Notes: generated by a model not told the origin, from the sequence alone. Counted from the stretch's first letter, positions 7,231-17,504 are shown. The stretch is 19,412 nucleotides of DNA from Macrostomum lignano (GCA_002269645.1 NIVC01004037.1:71852-91263); one strand, 5' to 3'. Made by a program: numbers and translations.

Positions 7231-9426
7231 TTACCACAGACGGCACTCATCGGAGGCGAGCTCGGGCTGGGAAGTCGGACAGCCGAACGCTCTGAAGAAG
7301 TCGTCATCGCCGGAGATGAGGCTCCGTATGCGCAGTCTGCCTGGCGTGTGGCTCCACGTCTCGCTGCCAGTCTCCATGAAGTGATGTAGGAACTCTTGGC
7401 TACTCTTCGAGCAAAAAGTCCGCAGGCTGGCAATGTAGAGCAGCTGCTGCGGTGAGTAGCGCTCCATGAATCCTGGAAGTTGTTGGTCGATGCCCGACTC
7501 AGCTAGAAGTTCGATAGTCACCGACAGACCGATCCTGTCTGCGAAGTCCTCCTTAACGTTGGTCTTGTTGAAGCCCAGTCGGAGAAGCAGACTTTGTCTG
7601 AGGCAAGCGTGCTTCTCCTGGAGTCGGGCACTATATGAGGCGTTTAACATACCGTCGTCATGTTGATTGAATGAACCAAATACAGCGTGCGTGAGCTCGT
7701 GAGCGAGCACCAGCGCTTGAGTACCGACACTGACTGCCGCTGGCTGGTCTGACAGATAATGCGGATATTCTAAGAAAGCTGGCGTCAGAATCACCGCCTT
7801 CTGATATGCGTTATAATGCGGCGATTCCTGGTCAAAAGTTTCCTCCATTGTTCGAAAGATCAGGTAATGTTGAAGAGCCAAAGCTCGGACTAGAAAGCAA
7901 GCCGGGCTAACTAATATTGTGCATCCTCTGGGTGGCATCGAGTCAAACGCTTCGCCAAAATGCTGCACCAGAGCAGTCTCGCTGACTTGCTCTGTGAAAA
8001 AACTCAACTTAGTTTGCTGCAGTCGTCGCTTCAACACGGCCTTGTCGGGCTCAGGAATCCAAGTCTGTGACTCCAATGCCGACGCGTAGACCGTCTTGAT
8101 TCGGCGGAAAATATCAAAGATTTCAGCTTCAACTGCGAGACGCTCCTCTTTTAACATCCTGGCGTAGCGACCGTGCAGCAGTGGCCGAAATGCTCCTTCA
8201 AAGTTGACAGTCGAACTCGATGACTCGCTTCTTACTTTTCCAAATAGAACGTCCAAACATTTGGCATTTTTTGGAGTTGAAAAGATTGCAGCGCCCAGCA
8301 CGCAGATTTGGTTGAGTATGATCAGTTTAGGCAGCTCTGTGAATCGCCTACCGCATTTTTCTAGAACGCAAACGGTACGCAGAAAAGATTTCGTATCTGG
8401 CAGCACTAGCGGTGTCAAATCATCAGCAGGCGGATGTCCCGACAACTGAAGGTTCAGCCGCAGAAACTCGTCGAACCCGAAGGTTAAGTTGGCTCGCCGA
8501 AGCAGCCGCTTAGCGTCGCCCACCGTCTGTACAGGTAATTCGTCTGCAACAACCCTTTCTGCGGTTCGGTTGCAGGGATCATTCCACAGAAGCAGGTCGG
8601 ATTGAGCACGTCGTATAAGGCCAAACAGACTGCCGCCGCGTGATCTAAGCTGCAGCAATCGCATCATTCTGTAGGCCTGAAACGGCAGATTTCTTAACAA
8701 CGGCCCGACAACTTTGAGACCATGAAAATTATCGTTAGACGTCAGCAAAATTGCCGGTCTGCCAGCCGCGTTCGCAACGCCTGGTATAACAATCATCGGG
8801 CTGATGAAGCTCTTTGCCGACTGTGCCGGCATCAGCTGTTCGAGTCTCAGCTGTTGCCGCATATTCAATCCTTTAATCGCGCGATCTGCAATTTCGTCCA
8901 GAATCTCGGCTCCGTTGGCCAGCAGCATTCCATGGAAGCTCCAGTCTTCAAGGGTTGTTTCTAGCAAGGCGCACTCTCGGAAAGCTTTCACAGCCAGCTG
9001 CTCATAGGCTTGAAGCCTTGTCGAGTTTGGCTGCCCGGCCTGACCGGACCCTGTGCAGTTGGCGTCCCAGCAACCCGTCACCAGCTGCTCGGTCACCCGC
9101 TCGCTGTACGCAGATCCGGTCCGCTGAATGTAGTCTAGATTGACGAATATCCTCTGCACCAGGCTCTGGCCCGTGAACTGCTGTTTAGAGCGGAATCCGC
9201 CGCACAGGAATTCTTCAAAGTCCTGACACGGATCAGACGAAGTGTTCAACGAGCTTTGCAGTTCCATCGACATTTTCCAACAGTTTAGCGTTCGACAAAC
9301 TCTTGTTCCGTTCGTAGCAGTTTCGTTGGCAGCTCCAAATGGCGGGAGCAAAGACATCAAGGTAGCGGTCAAGAACACAATGTTGCCTACCAGTGGCTTC
9401 AATGATGTCAGTCGAAGCTCTGCCAT
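7231..9426 (-). CDS. Neprilysin/ECE-like zinc metallopeptidase (family M13), 731 aa, intronless CDS, N-terminal hydrophobic signal or anchor
   Basis: Motifs: DPCQDFEEFLCGGF (M13 N-terminal Cys motif), HYNAYQK (VNAFY equivalent), LAHELTH (HExxH, 7687-7701), KEDFADRIGL (ENIAD equivalent with third Zn ligand Glu and the Asp), SHTPGRLRI (HSP..R equivalent), C-terminal CRLW. One uninterrupted ORF. Confidence 0.96.
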   Translation of the reverse strand: MAELRLTSLKPLVGNIVFLTATLMSLLPPFGAANETATNGTRVCRTLNCWKMSMELQSSLNTSSDPCQDFEEFLCGGFRSKQQFTGQSLVQRIFVNLDYIQRTGSAYSERVTEQLVTGCWDANCTGSGQAGQPNSTRLQAYEQLAVKAFRECALLETTLEDWSFHGMLLANGAEILDEIADRAIKGLNMRQQLRLEQLMPAQSAKSFISPMIVIPGVANAAGRPAILLTSNDNFHGLKVVGPLLRNLPFQAYRMMRLLQLRSRGGSLFGLIRRAQSDLLLWNDPCNRTAERVVADELPVQTVGDAKRLLRRANLTFGFDEFLRLNLQLSGHPPADDLTPLVLPDTKSFLRTVCVLEKCGRRFTELPKLIILNQICVLGAAIFSTPKNAKCLDVLFGKVRSESSSSTVNFEGAFRPLLHGRYARMLKEERLAVEAEIFDIFRRIKTVYASALESQTWIPEPDKAVLKRRLQQTKLSFFTEQVSETALVQHFGEAFDSMPPRGCTILVSPACFLVRALALQHYLIFRTMEETFDQESPHYNAYQKAVILTPAFLEYPHYLSDQPAAVSVGTQALVLAHELTHAVFGSFNQHDDGMLNASYSARLQEKHACLRQSLLLRLGFNKTNVKEDFADRIGLSVTIELLAESGIDQQLPGFMERYSPQQLLYIASLRTFCSKSSQEFLHHFMETGSETWSHTPGRLRIRSLISGDDDFFRAFGCPTSQPELASDECRLW

Positions 9427-10117
9427 CTTAAAAATTCAAGTCGATTGCCAAGCATAAATAAAGTGCCTGCGGTTTGAACAGAGAAAACAGCTGCTACGGC
9501 CGTTATAATTTATACCCGTTTATTTCGTAGTTCAGAAGCGTTCGAAATATTGATTTTCTAATTTTTCGGGCTAAATCTAGAAAATTTCATGTGCCATACG
9601 AGCGTAAAACATTGCTTACATTGTTTATGTTAAATTACTATCTGATATAAAAATCAAAGAGGTCTGAAGGGTGAGAAAAGGTGCCCCAAGCGATGATGAT
9701 GATACGATCCAGCACATGCATGTGATCTTGAAATTATTCACGCGGGATTGATGCGGCTAGTCAGATAAAAGTCTAGTTAAGCACCGAACAGAGATAATTT
9801 TGGATTTCTTTCACAGTTCAGCCGCCTGCCCGGCTATTCAGTCGAACCAACGCAAAAGTGCGCATGGTCAGGGCTAATTATTTTTCAATGCTTCTTTTTT
9901 TCACAAATCGGACCATATTTTCAAAACTCTACTGACTCATCACTTCTATAGGAAAATTTCAACGTAGATTTTCGTTAAACTCTTGCATAAACTGATTATT
10001 TTTGTCATCAAACTAGCGCGCAAATGCAGTGCAAGTGCACTAGCAGCTGGCCCCACGTATTTTTATGTAGAGGCGCCCTGGCGCACTTTAAGCGACATTG
10101 TCACACAGCCGGCGAGA

Positions 10118-10221
10118 GGCATTACTGCCCATTCCGCCGACTCCCCTGAGCAGGCACACAAGCGCGCGGATACGTACGCAGTCATACGCACAGGCACACA
10201 CTCACACAGGAGTGTACAGCG
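10118..10221 (+). repeat. Diverged interspersed repeat, copy B (homologous to 3802-3903)
   Basis: Collinear shared blocks with copy A, same orientation. Confidence 0.75.
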
Positions 10222-10622
10222 GCCCTAACTTTATTTATCGTTAGGTATGTGTACGCGTTAGACTCTGTGTTTGAGCGTTTTATTTTTTTGCTATTATTAT
10301 ATTCAATCAAACTATAAAATCAACTAGTTTCAAATTTGCTTTCGAAATTCGAAAGTTCGATCCATATGGTCTACGCATTGAGATTTTGTGTTTAATCGCA
10401 AGGTTTTGTGTTAATATGCCTCCGTAACTTTTACTGGCCTTTGCAATGCTTAGTTTGTTTATTTCATTCCGCATACGATTTTGAAATTTCTCATAATTCT
10501 TATTCGTTATTTTCAAATTACACTGTGAACTTATTAGCCTGGCAAAATTAACCACTTTGCCGTCAGAGTCAAGGTGAAGTCGTCAAGTAACTTCCTCAAA
10601 GATTTGTCCCTAAACGGTTGGT

Positions 10623-11020
10623 TTAATCGAACGGAGACAGGCACTCGCAGAGGGCGCCTCGCAGGTCCGGATCGTTCTCCCAGAAGTCAGATATCTTGCT
10701 GGTTTTATACTTGCCGAGAGTATTCTCCCTATCCAAATAGTTGCTTGGCTCCTTCTCTGCCCAGTAACTGGCGTTGAACGTAATGTTGCAAGCGACCCAG
10801 TACCAGCCATCGGCAGCATGCGCACTTCCAGGTGCTTGAAAGCCTCCAACAAAGAAGTAGCCAATGCTGTAATTGTTGTAGATGAAGTCCAAATGCTGCA
10901 GCTCAGTAGTGCTCGTCATGTCAGCCATGATCGTCAGGCTCCCATCGGAGTCGCACTTGTCTTTGCCCTGCTGCCATGACATTGATGCTGTACTCGAAAC
11001 GTAGTTTAGTTTGTACTTCA
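10623..11020 (-). CDS. Last exon of a C-type lectin gene (CTLD only; upstream exon not identified)
   Basis: Acceptor ttcgacacAG|TG AAG TAC (AG at 11022-11021). Translation (V)KYKLNY..SWQQGKDKC..FFVGG..GWYWV..YWAEKEPS..LCECLSPFD* is a CTLD and is clearly paralogous to 13981-14707. Confidence 0.88.
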
Positions 11021-12148
11021 CTGTGTCGAAATATTCGAATTAAGTTCTGAATTATATAGCCGAAAATCAATCAATGAATTCAATGACCTGTCAGTTTTGG
11101 CGATTCACTGCCCCACCGGCATCAATTTGAGAATGAGTTTTGAAACTTTATTTGATGGGTCTTGCTCCTACTAAGTGTTAAAGACCATTAGCAAATGAAC
11201 TGACTCAGACCGCAGTACGAGATAACTTAAGTACTTCGCGCTGCTATTACTTCTATGAAATGGCACTCTTTTTAGAATTCGCTTATCTCTATCGCTTACT
11301 CAGCTGGCCCAATATCGGCAGTTTCCTTTAAAATAGCATCGTTAAAAGCTTTTTGCCATATAACCAATCCATGTTTCTATGGTAACAGCAGCCTCCCTCC
11401 AACGGAGATCGCAGCTGTATTGCTAATGGTATTGCTAATGGTGTGCGCATTACCGAATCTGCGAGAATGGGTCGTCACCGAACCTGAGATAATGGTGATA
11501 ATTTGATGTAAATTTTCATGCCTAGTTGTGCGGTCATATTCATGAAACGCTTTATTAAAACGACGTATACTAAACGCAACTTATTTTTATTTGGTCGTCG
11601 ATTATGCCTTTTGGTTTGTCAAGCCGTGTTTTCAAACTTACGAAATACGACTATTAAGACGTTTTGTTTATGCGATTATTTGATGTAATGAAATGAAGTT
11701 TAAAATGAAATGGCGAATTGAAATGCATGCAGATATGGATATAAAATTGAAAAGCTTCACCAGAAGCAAAATTGATTAAATGTAACGTAATAAATTATCT
11801 ACCATGAACTCATAAGTTCCTGCTTTTTAGATCGGCACTTTTCTTGCCATTTGCTAGCCCCACTAACTATATACAGCGCATAGCCCCTGATCTACTTAAT
11901 GACATCGGAATGCAGAACCTATCAACCCAAAAAAGGGCATGCTATTGCGTAGTGCGAAGTAAAATGCGAGTGATAGTGGCAAGAGTTATAGTGAAAAAAA
12001 GTAAAAATAGCCGCAGTTTTAACTAAAATGTTACAGATTCGATTTGTGATCTCGCAATCTGTCCTTCTCAACTTTTAAGGACCCCCAGCTATAGCTGGGC
12101 AGGCTGGTTGCTCTTTCTGCGTGTGTCGTTCCGATTTCCATCTTGCAG

Positions 12149-12660
12149 ACAATCGTCGGGCCGGGCGACAACGAAGCCAAAATAGCATTGAGATTGTGTG
12201 TCAAGGCGCTGACCGACAAGCGGCAGAACTTTCACGATGTCAGTCGTTCATCTAGTCTGGTGCCCAACATCCGCGAGGATCTGCAGTGTCGCCGCGTGAT
12301 TGTCTGGACTGTCTTTCATTCTGTGAGGGTGATTCGTGATTCTGCAGTCCAAGAGAGGCGACGGCGACAGACAAGTTCGAACAGCAGCAAGTTGACTCTT
12401 CAAGATCAGCGACGAGCGAGATACCAACACAGCACTGTATTGTGGCGGGGCCTAGCTGGTCCGTCCAAGCGACCTGTTGCGCCCTCGGTGACGTCAGCTG
12501 GCAGGCCGAGTCGTACTGCCCTCAGCCGGTGCAGGAGGTGCTGCTGCTGACTCTGCAGTCACCCAGCTACCGGCACGTACATTTACTCCGCCTTTCGTCG
12601 ACTGGGTTCCAGCTGAGGCCGGTTTGCCAGATCAAAGTTCGGTGGCGAAAATCGCGATAA
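12149..12660. other. Unassigned GC-rich, exon-like island
   Basis: GC content resembles the real exons. A + strand acceptor (ttccatcttgcAG, 12147-12148) precedes it, and overlapping open frames exist. No recognisable domain in any frame. Confidence 0.25.
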
Positions 12661-13192
12661 AAATAATCAAAAGCACGTGACTTTGCAAGACTGTTGTCTG
12701 GCGTTAAAAATTGGCTCAAAGTAGGGAAAAGGGGCAAAAAACGCAAAGAGCCGCCTGCTAGTAGTCCACACGGCAAGAGCTCAATATGATAGTATATTAA
12801 AAGTTTTAAAAGAATGAGTCCTCATCAGAAAACTGCAAAATACTTTTTGAGTGGCCCGTGTAAGCATCTGTAATGAATTGGTGTTTGTTGAAACATCTTG
12901 TTCACATTTCAACAAGCAAGTTTCTCAGAGGGTGTCACAACTGAATGCAAAACTATTGAGTTGAAAATTGACGCGAATAAAAAGATGGCTTTCTCTAAGC
13001 AGCCTGTCTATCAATTCTATTGTTTACCTGCGAAATTTAGAGTGGCCTCACGTCAGTAAAGCAACCCTGGCAGGTTCCTCAGGCATGAGGACTACATGCT
13101 TCTTTCCAGGTCACTCAGGGTTACAAAAGAAATTGTCAGAATTAGTTGCAGCCATCATTCAACATCAAATGCGAAGAGCTCTTGCTACTCAC

Positions 13193-13221
13193 CTGCCCAC
13201 AGATACTCGAGGCAGATGCAT
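13193..13221 (-). other. Candidate 29-nt micro-exon
   Basis: Minus strand reads ttgcatttctccttattctgttctcctAG|atgcatctgcctcgagtatctgtgggcag|GTGAGT: a strong pyrimidine tract and a consensus donor. Confidence 0.4.
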
Positions 13222-13980
13222 CTAGGAGAACAGAATAAGGAGAAATGCAAAGCCCTGTGGAAAGTATGCAGACCTCTTTTGTGCTATAGTTGTCGCTGAA
13301 AAGTAGAAAACAGAGAACAGATACGAAGTTATCCACATTCAGGGACGAAATTCACGAATACCTCAAGGTGATGCGGATGTGAATACCGTGAGCGGAGGTT
13401 GATTTCTCCACCGGAGATTACCCGTGTCAAATGGGTCACTCGAATGACGATTTACTCTTATGCTCTTATGTCATGTACGTCCTCTAGTTTTAAAAAAGGC
13501 AAAACCTTCATCTCAGTCGAGTTTCCATAACAGCCCCAGTGCACAATGTTGAATTAATGAACGATACGTCAAAATAGTAAGACTTTTTGGAATTGCTAAA
13601 TAGAAAGAAAAAGCAAACCAGCTGTCACTAGAAGTGAAGAAGCAGACTTCATTTCAATTTATTATGAAAAATATTTTGATTTTATTTGATTCATTTTGAT
13701 TTTAGCTCGTAATGGTACTTTAGGTAAATAACAAGGCGCTGCTGAAAACGCTCAAATCCCTTAGTGCTAAAGAAACTCATTACTTTATATTACGATAATT
13801 AATTGAAAATTTCTCTAAAAGCAAATCGATAGAGATTAAAATTAATAATAAAAATGAGCCAACCTAGACGAGGTCACCTGGAACGTCACGAATAAGTCGG
13901 TTGTCTACAAACTGCGCAACAAAGTTAAATGGAAAGGTAAAAATTAGCCTGCTTAAATATTGTAAATTTAGCTGGGGATG

Positions 13981-14707
13981 TTAGTCGAAGGGAGACCAGC
14001 ATTCGCACAGGACGGCTCGTGGGTAGCAGAGACCTCTCTGAAGTCGGACAGCTTGTCGTGACCGTTCCACCTTCCGATAGCATTCTCCGGATCCTGGGCT
14101 CTCCGCTGCCCCACAGGCTGGCGTCAACGGAGATGTTGCAGCCGACCCAGTACCAGCCGCCTGCTGGCTCCGGGCTGCCAGCCGGCTGGAGGCCGCCCAG
14201 CCAGAACGAGGTGCCGCCCGCCCGGCTGTCGTAGATCGAGTCCACGTGGCTCATCTCGGAGGCGTCCACCACGTCGGCCATGATCACCAGACCGCTCTCC
14301 AACTCGCACAGGCGTCTGCTCGGCCACCAGAAATCGGCGTTAAAGTGCAGCTTGTACTTCACTCCGCACAGGTCGTCTCCGTAGCCAGACGGACACAGCG
14401 CGCCCGCCTCGAGTCCCGGCTGCTGCTTCACAAACACCTGGCCTCTCCTGGAGCAGCCGCAGTCCCTCACCGACTTGCTGCACTTGTCGAACACGAACAG
14501 CTGGCACGGACCGTCAGCCAGGCTGAACGCTTGGCAGCGCCGGTTGCGGCTGCACAGAGCGGCACAGCCGATCTCAGAGTGCGAGCCAGGTGGAGTTTCA
14601 ATGAAGTCGCTCCTGATGCACAGGTAGCCTTTGATTTGTCTGTAGCTTTGTAGCACTGCACCTGGAAGTCCAAACGCCAAAAGGATGATCACCAGCTTTG
14701 CTGACAT
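13981..14707 (-). CDS. Secreted PAN/apple + C-type lectin domain protein, intronless, about 242 aa after correcting two -1 frameshifts (about 14095 and 14025)
   Basis: Signal peptide MSAKLVIILLAFGLPGAVLQS; PAN-like CAALCSRNRRCQAFSLADGPCQL; CTLD FWLGG..GWYWV..LWGSGEP. Shifting frame recovers DPENAIGRW..KLSDFRE and then PRAVLCECWSPFD*, matching the paralog's DRENTLGKY..KISDFWE..RGALCECLSPFD*. 727 nt + 2 = 243 codons. The ORF-track end at 13925 is an artefact of the frameshifts. Confidence 0.9.
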
Positions 14708-16433
14708 TTGATTTTTCGTAGCGCGGATATGATCGGTGAGTTAAAAGTCGGTAAAAATTAGTTGAAGCACGAGACGGACGGGTGGTTACTAAATGGAATG
14801 TTTTGTTTTATCCAACGCTCACCGAATTTTAATGCTATGAAAGAAAATCTACCAGAGAACCTCCATGCTTGTTCATATCAAAAAACTTTTCTGTTGCGAG
14901 GTTCGGGGAGTGTGGATTGCAATGGATACCAGCGTGGGCCGGATTGGCTGGGCCACGGAGTTCTAAACAGAGCACCTGAATTGTACAATGAAGTACAAGA
15001 ATCAATCACTTAATTAAGTTTGGCATCCCACTTCTGTCAGATGCTCAACCACACAGTAAAATAGGCGTAGCGAACATGTACATGTACATCTATACAAGTA
15101 ACTAAGAGCTAAGACAGCGAGAGACAAGTAGAGAGAATTTAAAAGGTACAGAGATTAGCTAATCTCGAAGTCATAGCTGCTCAAAACGGCACGCTGCATC
15201 TACAGGATTGCACTGACCATGACGGAACAGAGAGGGATGTTTGCAAGCAGTTCTTGCGCATACACAAGTCTATTGGAGAATTTAATTCCCAGAAAGAGAA
15301 TTTTCATGTACCCGTACTTGAACTTTCACGTGTTTGGCCTTAAATGTGTCAAATCGACGGTTAGCGCTGGCGCAGAACTAAATGTACATGTATCAGAGCA
15401 TTTAGTAGATCACCGCCTTAGGGAATTGCAGCGTCAAACGGAGTTCGAGCGACGTGAGAATTTTTGCAGTAGCTTGTTCAAAGAGGTGCGGTTTGGTGAG
15501 CGCGTCCACGTCATCCTACTGTTCCCGGTCATGAGCGGCCCAAGAGCTCAGCATGCAGCTGAGTCATCACTGACAGCTGAATTGCTTTTTGCAAAATATA
15601 CTGGACAACAAAAACTTGTCCAGTATCATCGAAAGCTAGCTTTGACTTCAATTTTTTGACGGCTTACTCTTTAAGTTGAATAAACTCTCTGCAAGCTCGC
15701 ATCAGTTTAAAGTAGTTAAGGGCATCATTATATTGTACTCTGAGACGTTGTGAGTGCATGTACTTCACATACCATACTACTCGTAGACAAGGTGTGCAAA
15801 CGGATTAATTACCTTTGAATTCGAAAATTGCTTACTTACTTAGCTCCGAAGAGCAGGTAAAAAGCAAATTTTAACGGTTGAGCGTGTCGTCCAAAGCAAG
15901 ATTTGACTTGTCAGCCAGCTCATTAGTGCTCAACCACAGGAAATTATTAATTACTGTCAGATTTATGCATGTATATTGACAATAGTTATCTTTTGCCCTA
16001 TTTTCCTTTATGTACTTTTGCGTTTAGGGGCCCCCAATTGGGCCGTTTTCCTTTTCCTGTTGTGTGCACTTTAAATATAGCCTGGCCCTCGCCTCGGTCT
16101 CTCAATTATCTCTTATCTCTCTCTCTCGCTCTTCCGTTTTTACGCTCGTACGACCGTTTAAATACGCCTGTTGCTAAATTAGTTCTGTGTTAGTTCATTC
16201 CTAGTCAATTACTAGCAATCTACGCCCCCCGTTGGGGAGCCAAAGAAATGCAATACACGTTTTTTAATAAGCTACATGTATCCTTGAAATCTTAAAAAAT
16301 CTCCTGTCAAACCTTGTAAGCCTTGACATGTCAGTAATTCCCCCCCACAAGCTTTAACATATCAACTTCCCCCCTTGACATCTCAGCAATGCCCCCAATA
16401 AGCCTTGGAAATCTAAAAATATCTGTCAACTTT

Positions 16434-16493
16434 CTAACCCTAACCCTAGCCTAACCCCAACCCTACCCTAACCCTACCCTAACCTAACCCTAA
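16434..16493. repeat. Degenerate interstitial telomere-like tract, (CCCTAA)n-like, about 10 units
   Basis: ctaaccctaaccctagcctaaccccaaccctaccctaaccctaccctaacctaaccctaa. Confidence 0.8.
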
Positions 16494-16887
16494 AGCATTG
16501 AAATAAAGCATTGAAATTTCAGTAATTCTCTCTAAGAGTCATTATAGCACTACTACAGCATTATAGCGATTCCCTGCAAGCCTCGACATCGTAGGGATTC
16601 CCAAATGAATCTCTTAACTTCGACATGAAGCTTCTTTTATTTTTTACATTACGCTTTTTTTATCAGCGATCCCTCCCCTGAGGAGGCATCAAATAATGTA
16701 ATAAAAAGTTTTCAATAAACTACATGTAGCTTCTGACTTTAGCCTTGAAATCTCATTTATACCCACGTGAGCCTTGACATCTCAGCTATTCCCCCCGTAA
16801 GCCTTGACATGTCAGCGATGGCCCCCATAAACCTTGAAATCTAAAAAATCCCCTGTTATTCTGTTAACCTTGAAACCCGATAAAATA

Positions 16888-16936
16888 TAACCCTCAACCC
16901 ACACCTGACCTAAACCTAACTTTAACCCAACCTAAA
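16888..16936. repeat. More eroded telomere-like tract at the equivalent position in the next ~450 bp unit
   Basis: taaccctcaaccc..cctgacctaaacctaactttaacccaacctaaag, followed by the same flank (AAAGC.TTGAAAT) as the first tract. Confidence 0.6.
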
Positions 16937-17354
16937 GCCTTGAAATCTCAGCAATTCTTCTCCCCTAAGCCTTGAAATTTTAGTGATTCCTTCTTTAAGA
17001 ATCACAGCATTATAACGATTTCCACCAAGCTTTGACATCGTAGCAATTCCCAAATGAATCTTTTAACTTCGACATGACTTTTCTTTTATGTATACATAGT
17101 GCTACTTTTATTTTTTTACATGACTCTTCTTCTATCAGCGCCCCCCGTGGCGAGCCAACAAAGAATGTAATGAAAAAATTGAGTAAAGTACATGAACTTT
17201 GAAGTATTGCAATAGCTTCTGACTTTTGCTTTGACATCTCAGAAACCCCCCCCCGTAATCTCAGTTATTCTCTGATAGCCTTTACGTCTCAGTTTTTCTC
17301 CCAGCACAGCATTATAGCTGCATTTAATTTTTTACATGACACCCTTCATGTCTG

Positions 17355-17504
17355 ACATGACGCTTCTATGATTTTTTACATGACGCTTCTATGATTTTTT
17401 ACATGACGCTTCTATGATTTTTTACATGGCATTTCTATGATTTTTTACATGACGCTTCTATGATTGTTTACATGACGCTTCTATGATTTTTACATGACGC
17501 TTCT
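17355..17504. repeat. 23 bp tandem repeat (ACATGACGCTTCTATGATTTTTT), about 6.5 copies
   Basis: Copies start at 17355, 17378, 17401, 17424, 17447, 17470 and 17492. Confidence 0.95.

Noticed and set aside
837-9426. Functional module in which the adjacent M13 peptidase processes the Notch-like receptor
   Set aside because: Notch shedding is done by ADAM proteases, and M13 enzymes are mostly restricted to small peptides. Adjacency of convergent genes in an animal genome is not evidence of a shared pathway.
13925-13980. C-terminal extension of the lectin ORF as given in the ORF track
   Set aside because: Out-of-frame read-through after the frameshifts. Paralog homology ends at the stop at 13981.
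15076-15089. Perfect 14 bp palindrome ATGTACATGTACAT
   Set aside because: A short tandem of the self-complementary ACATGT hexamer; a simple repeat with no supporting context.
15219-15659. 146 aa ORF
   Set aside because: No recognisable domain, no clear splice signals, and composition like the surrounding intergenic DNA.
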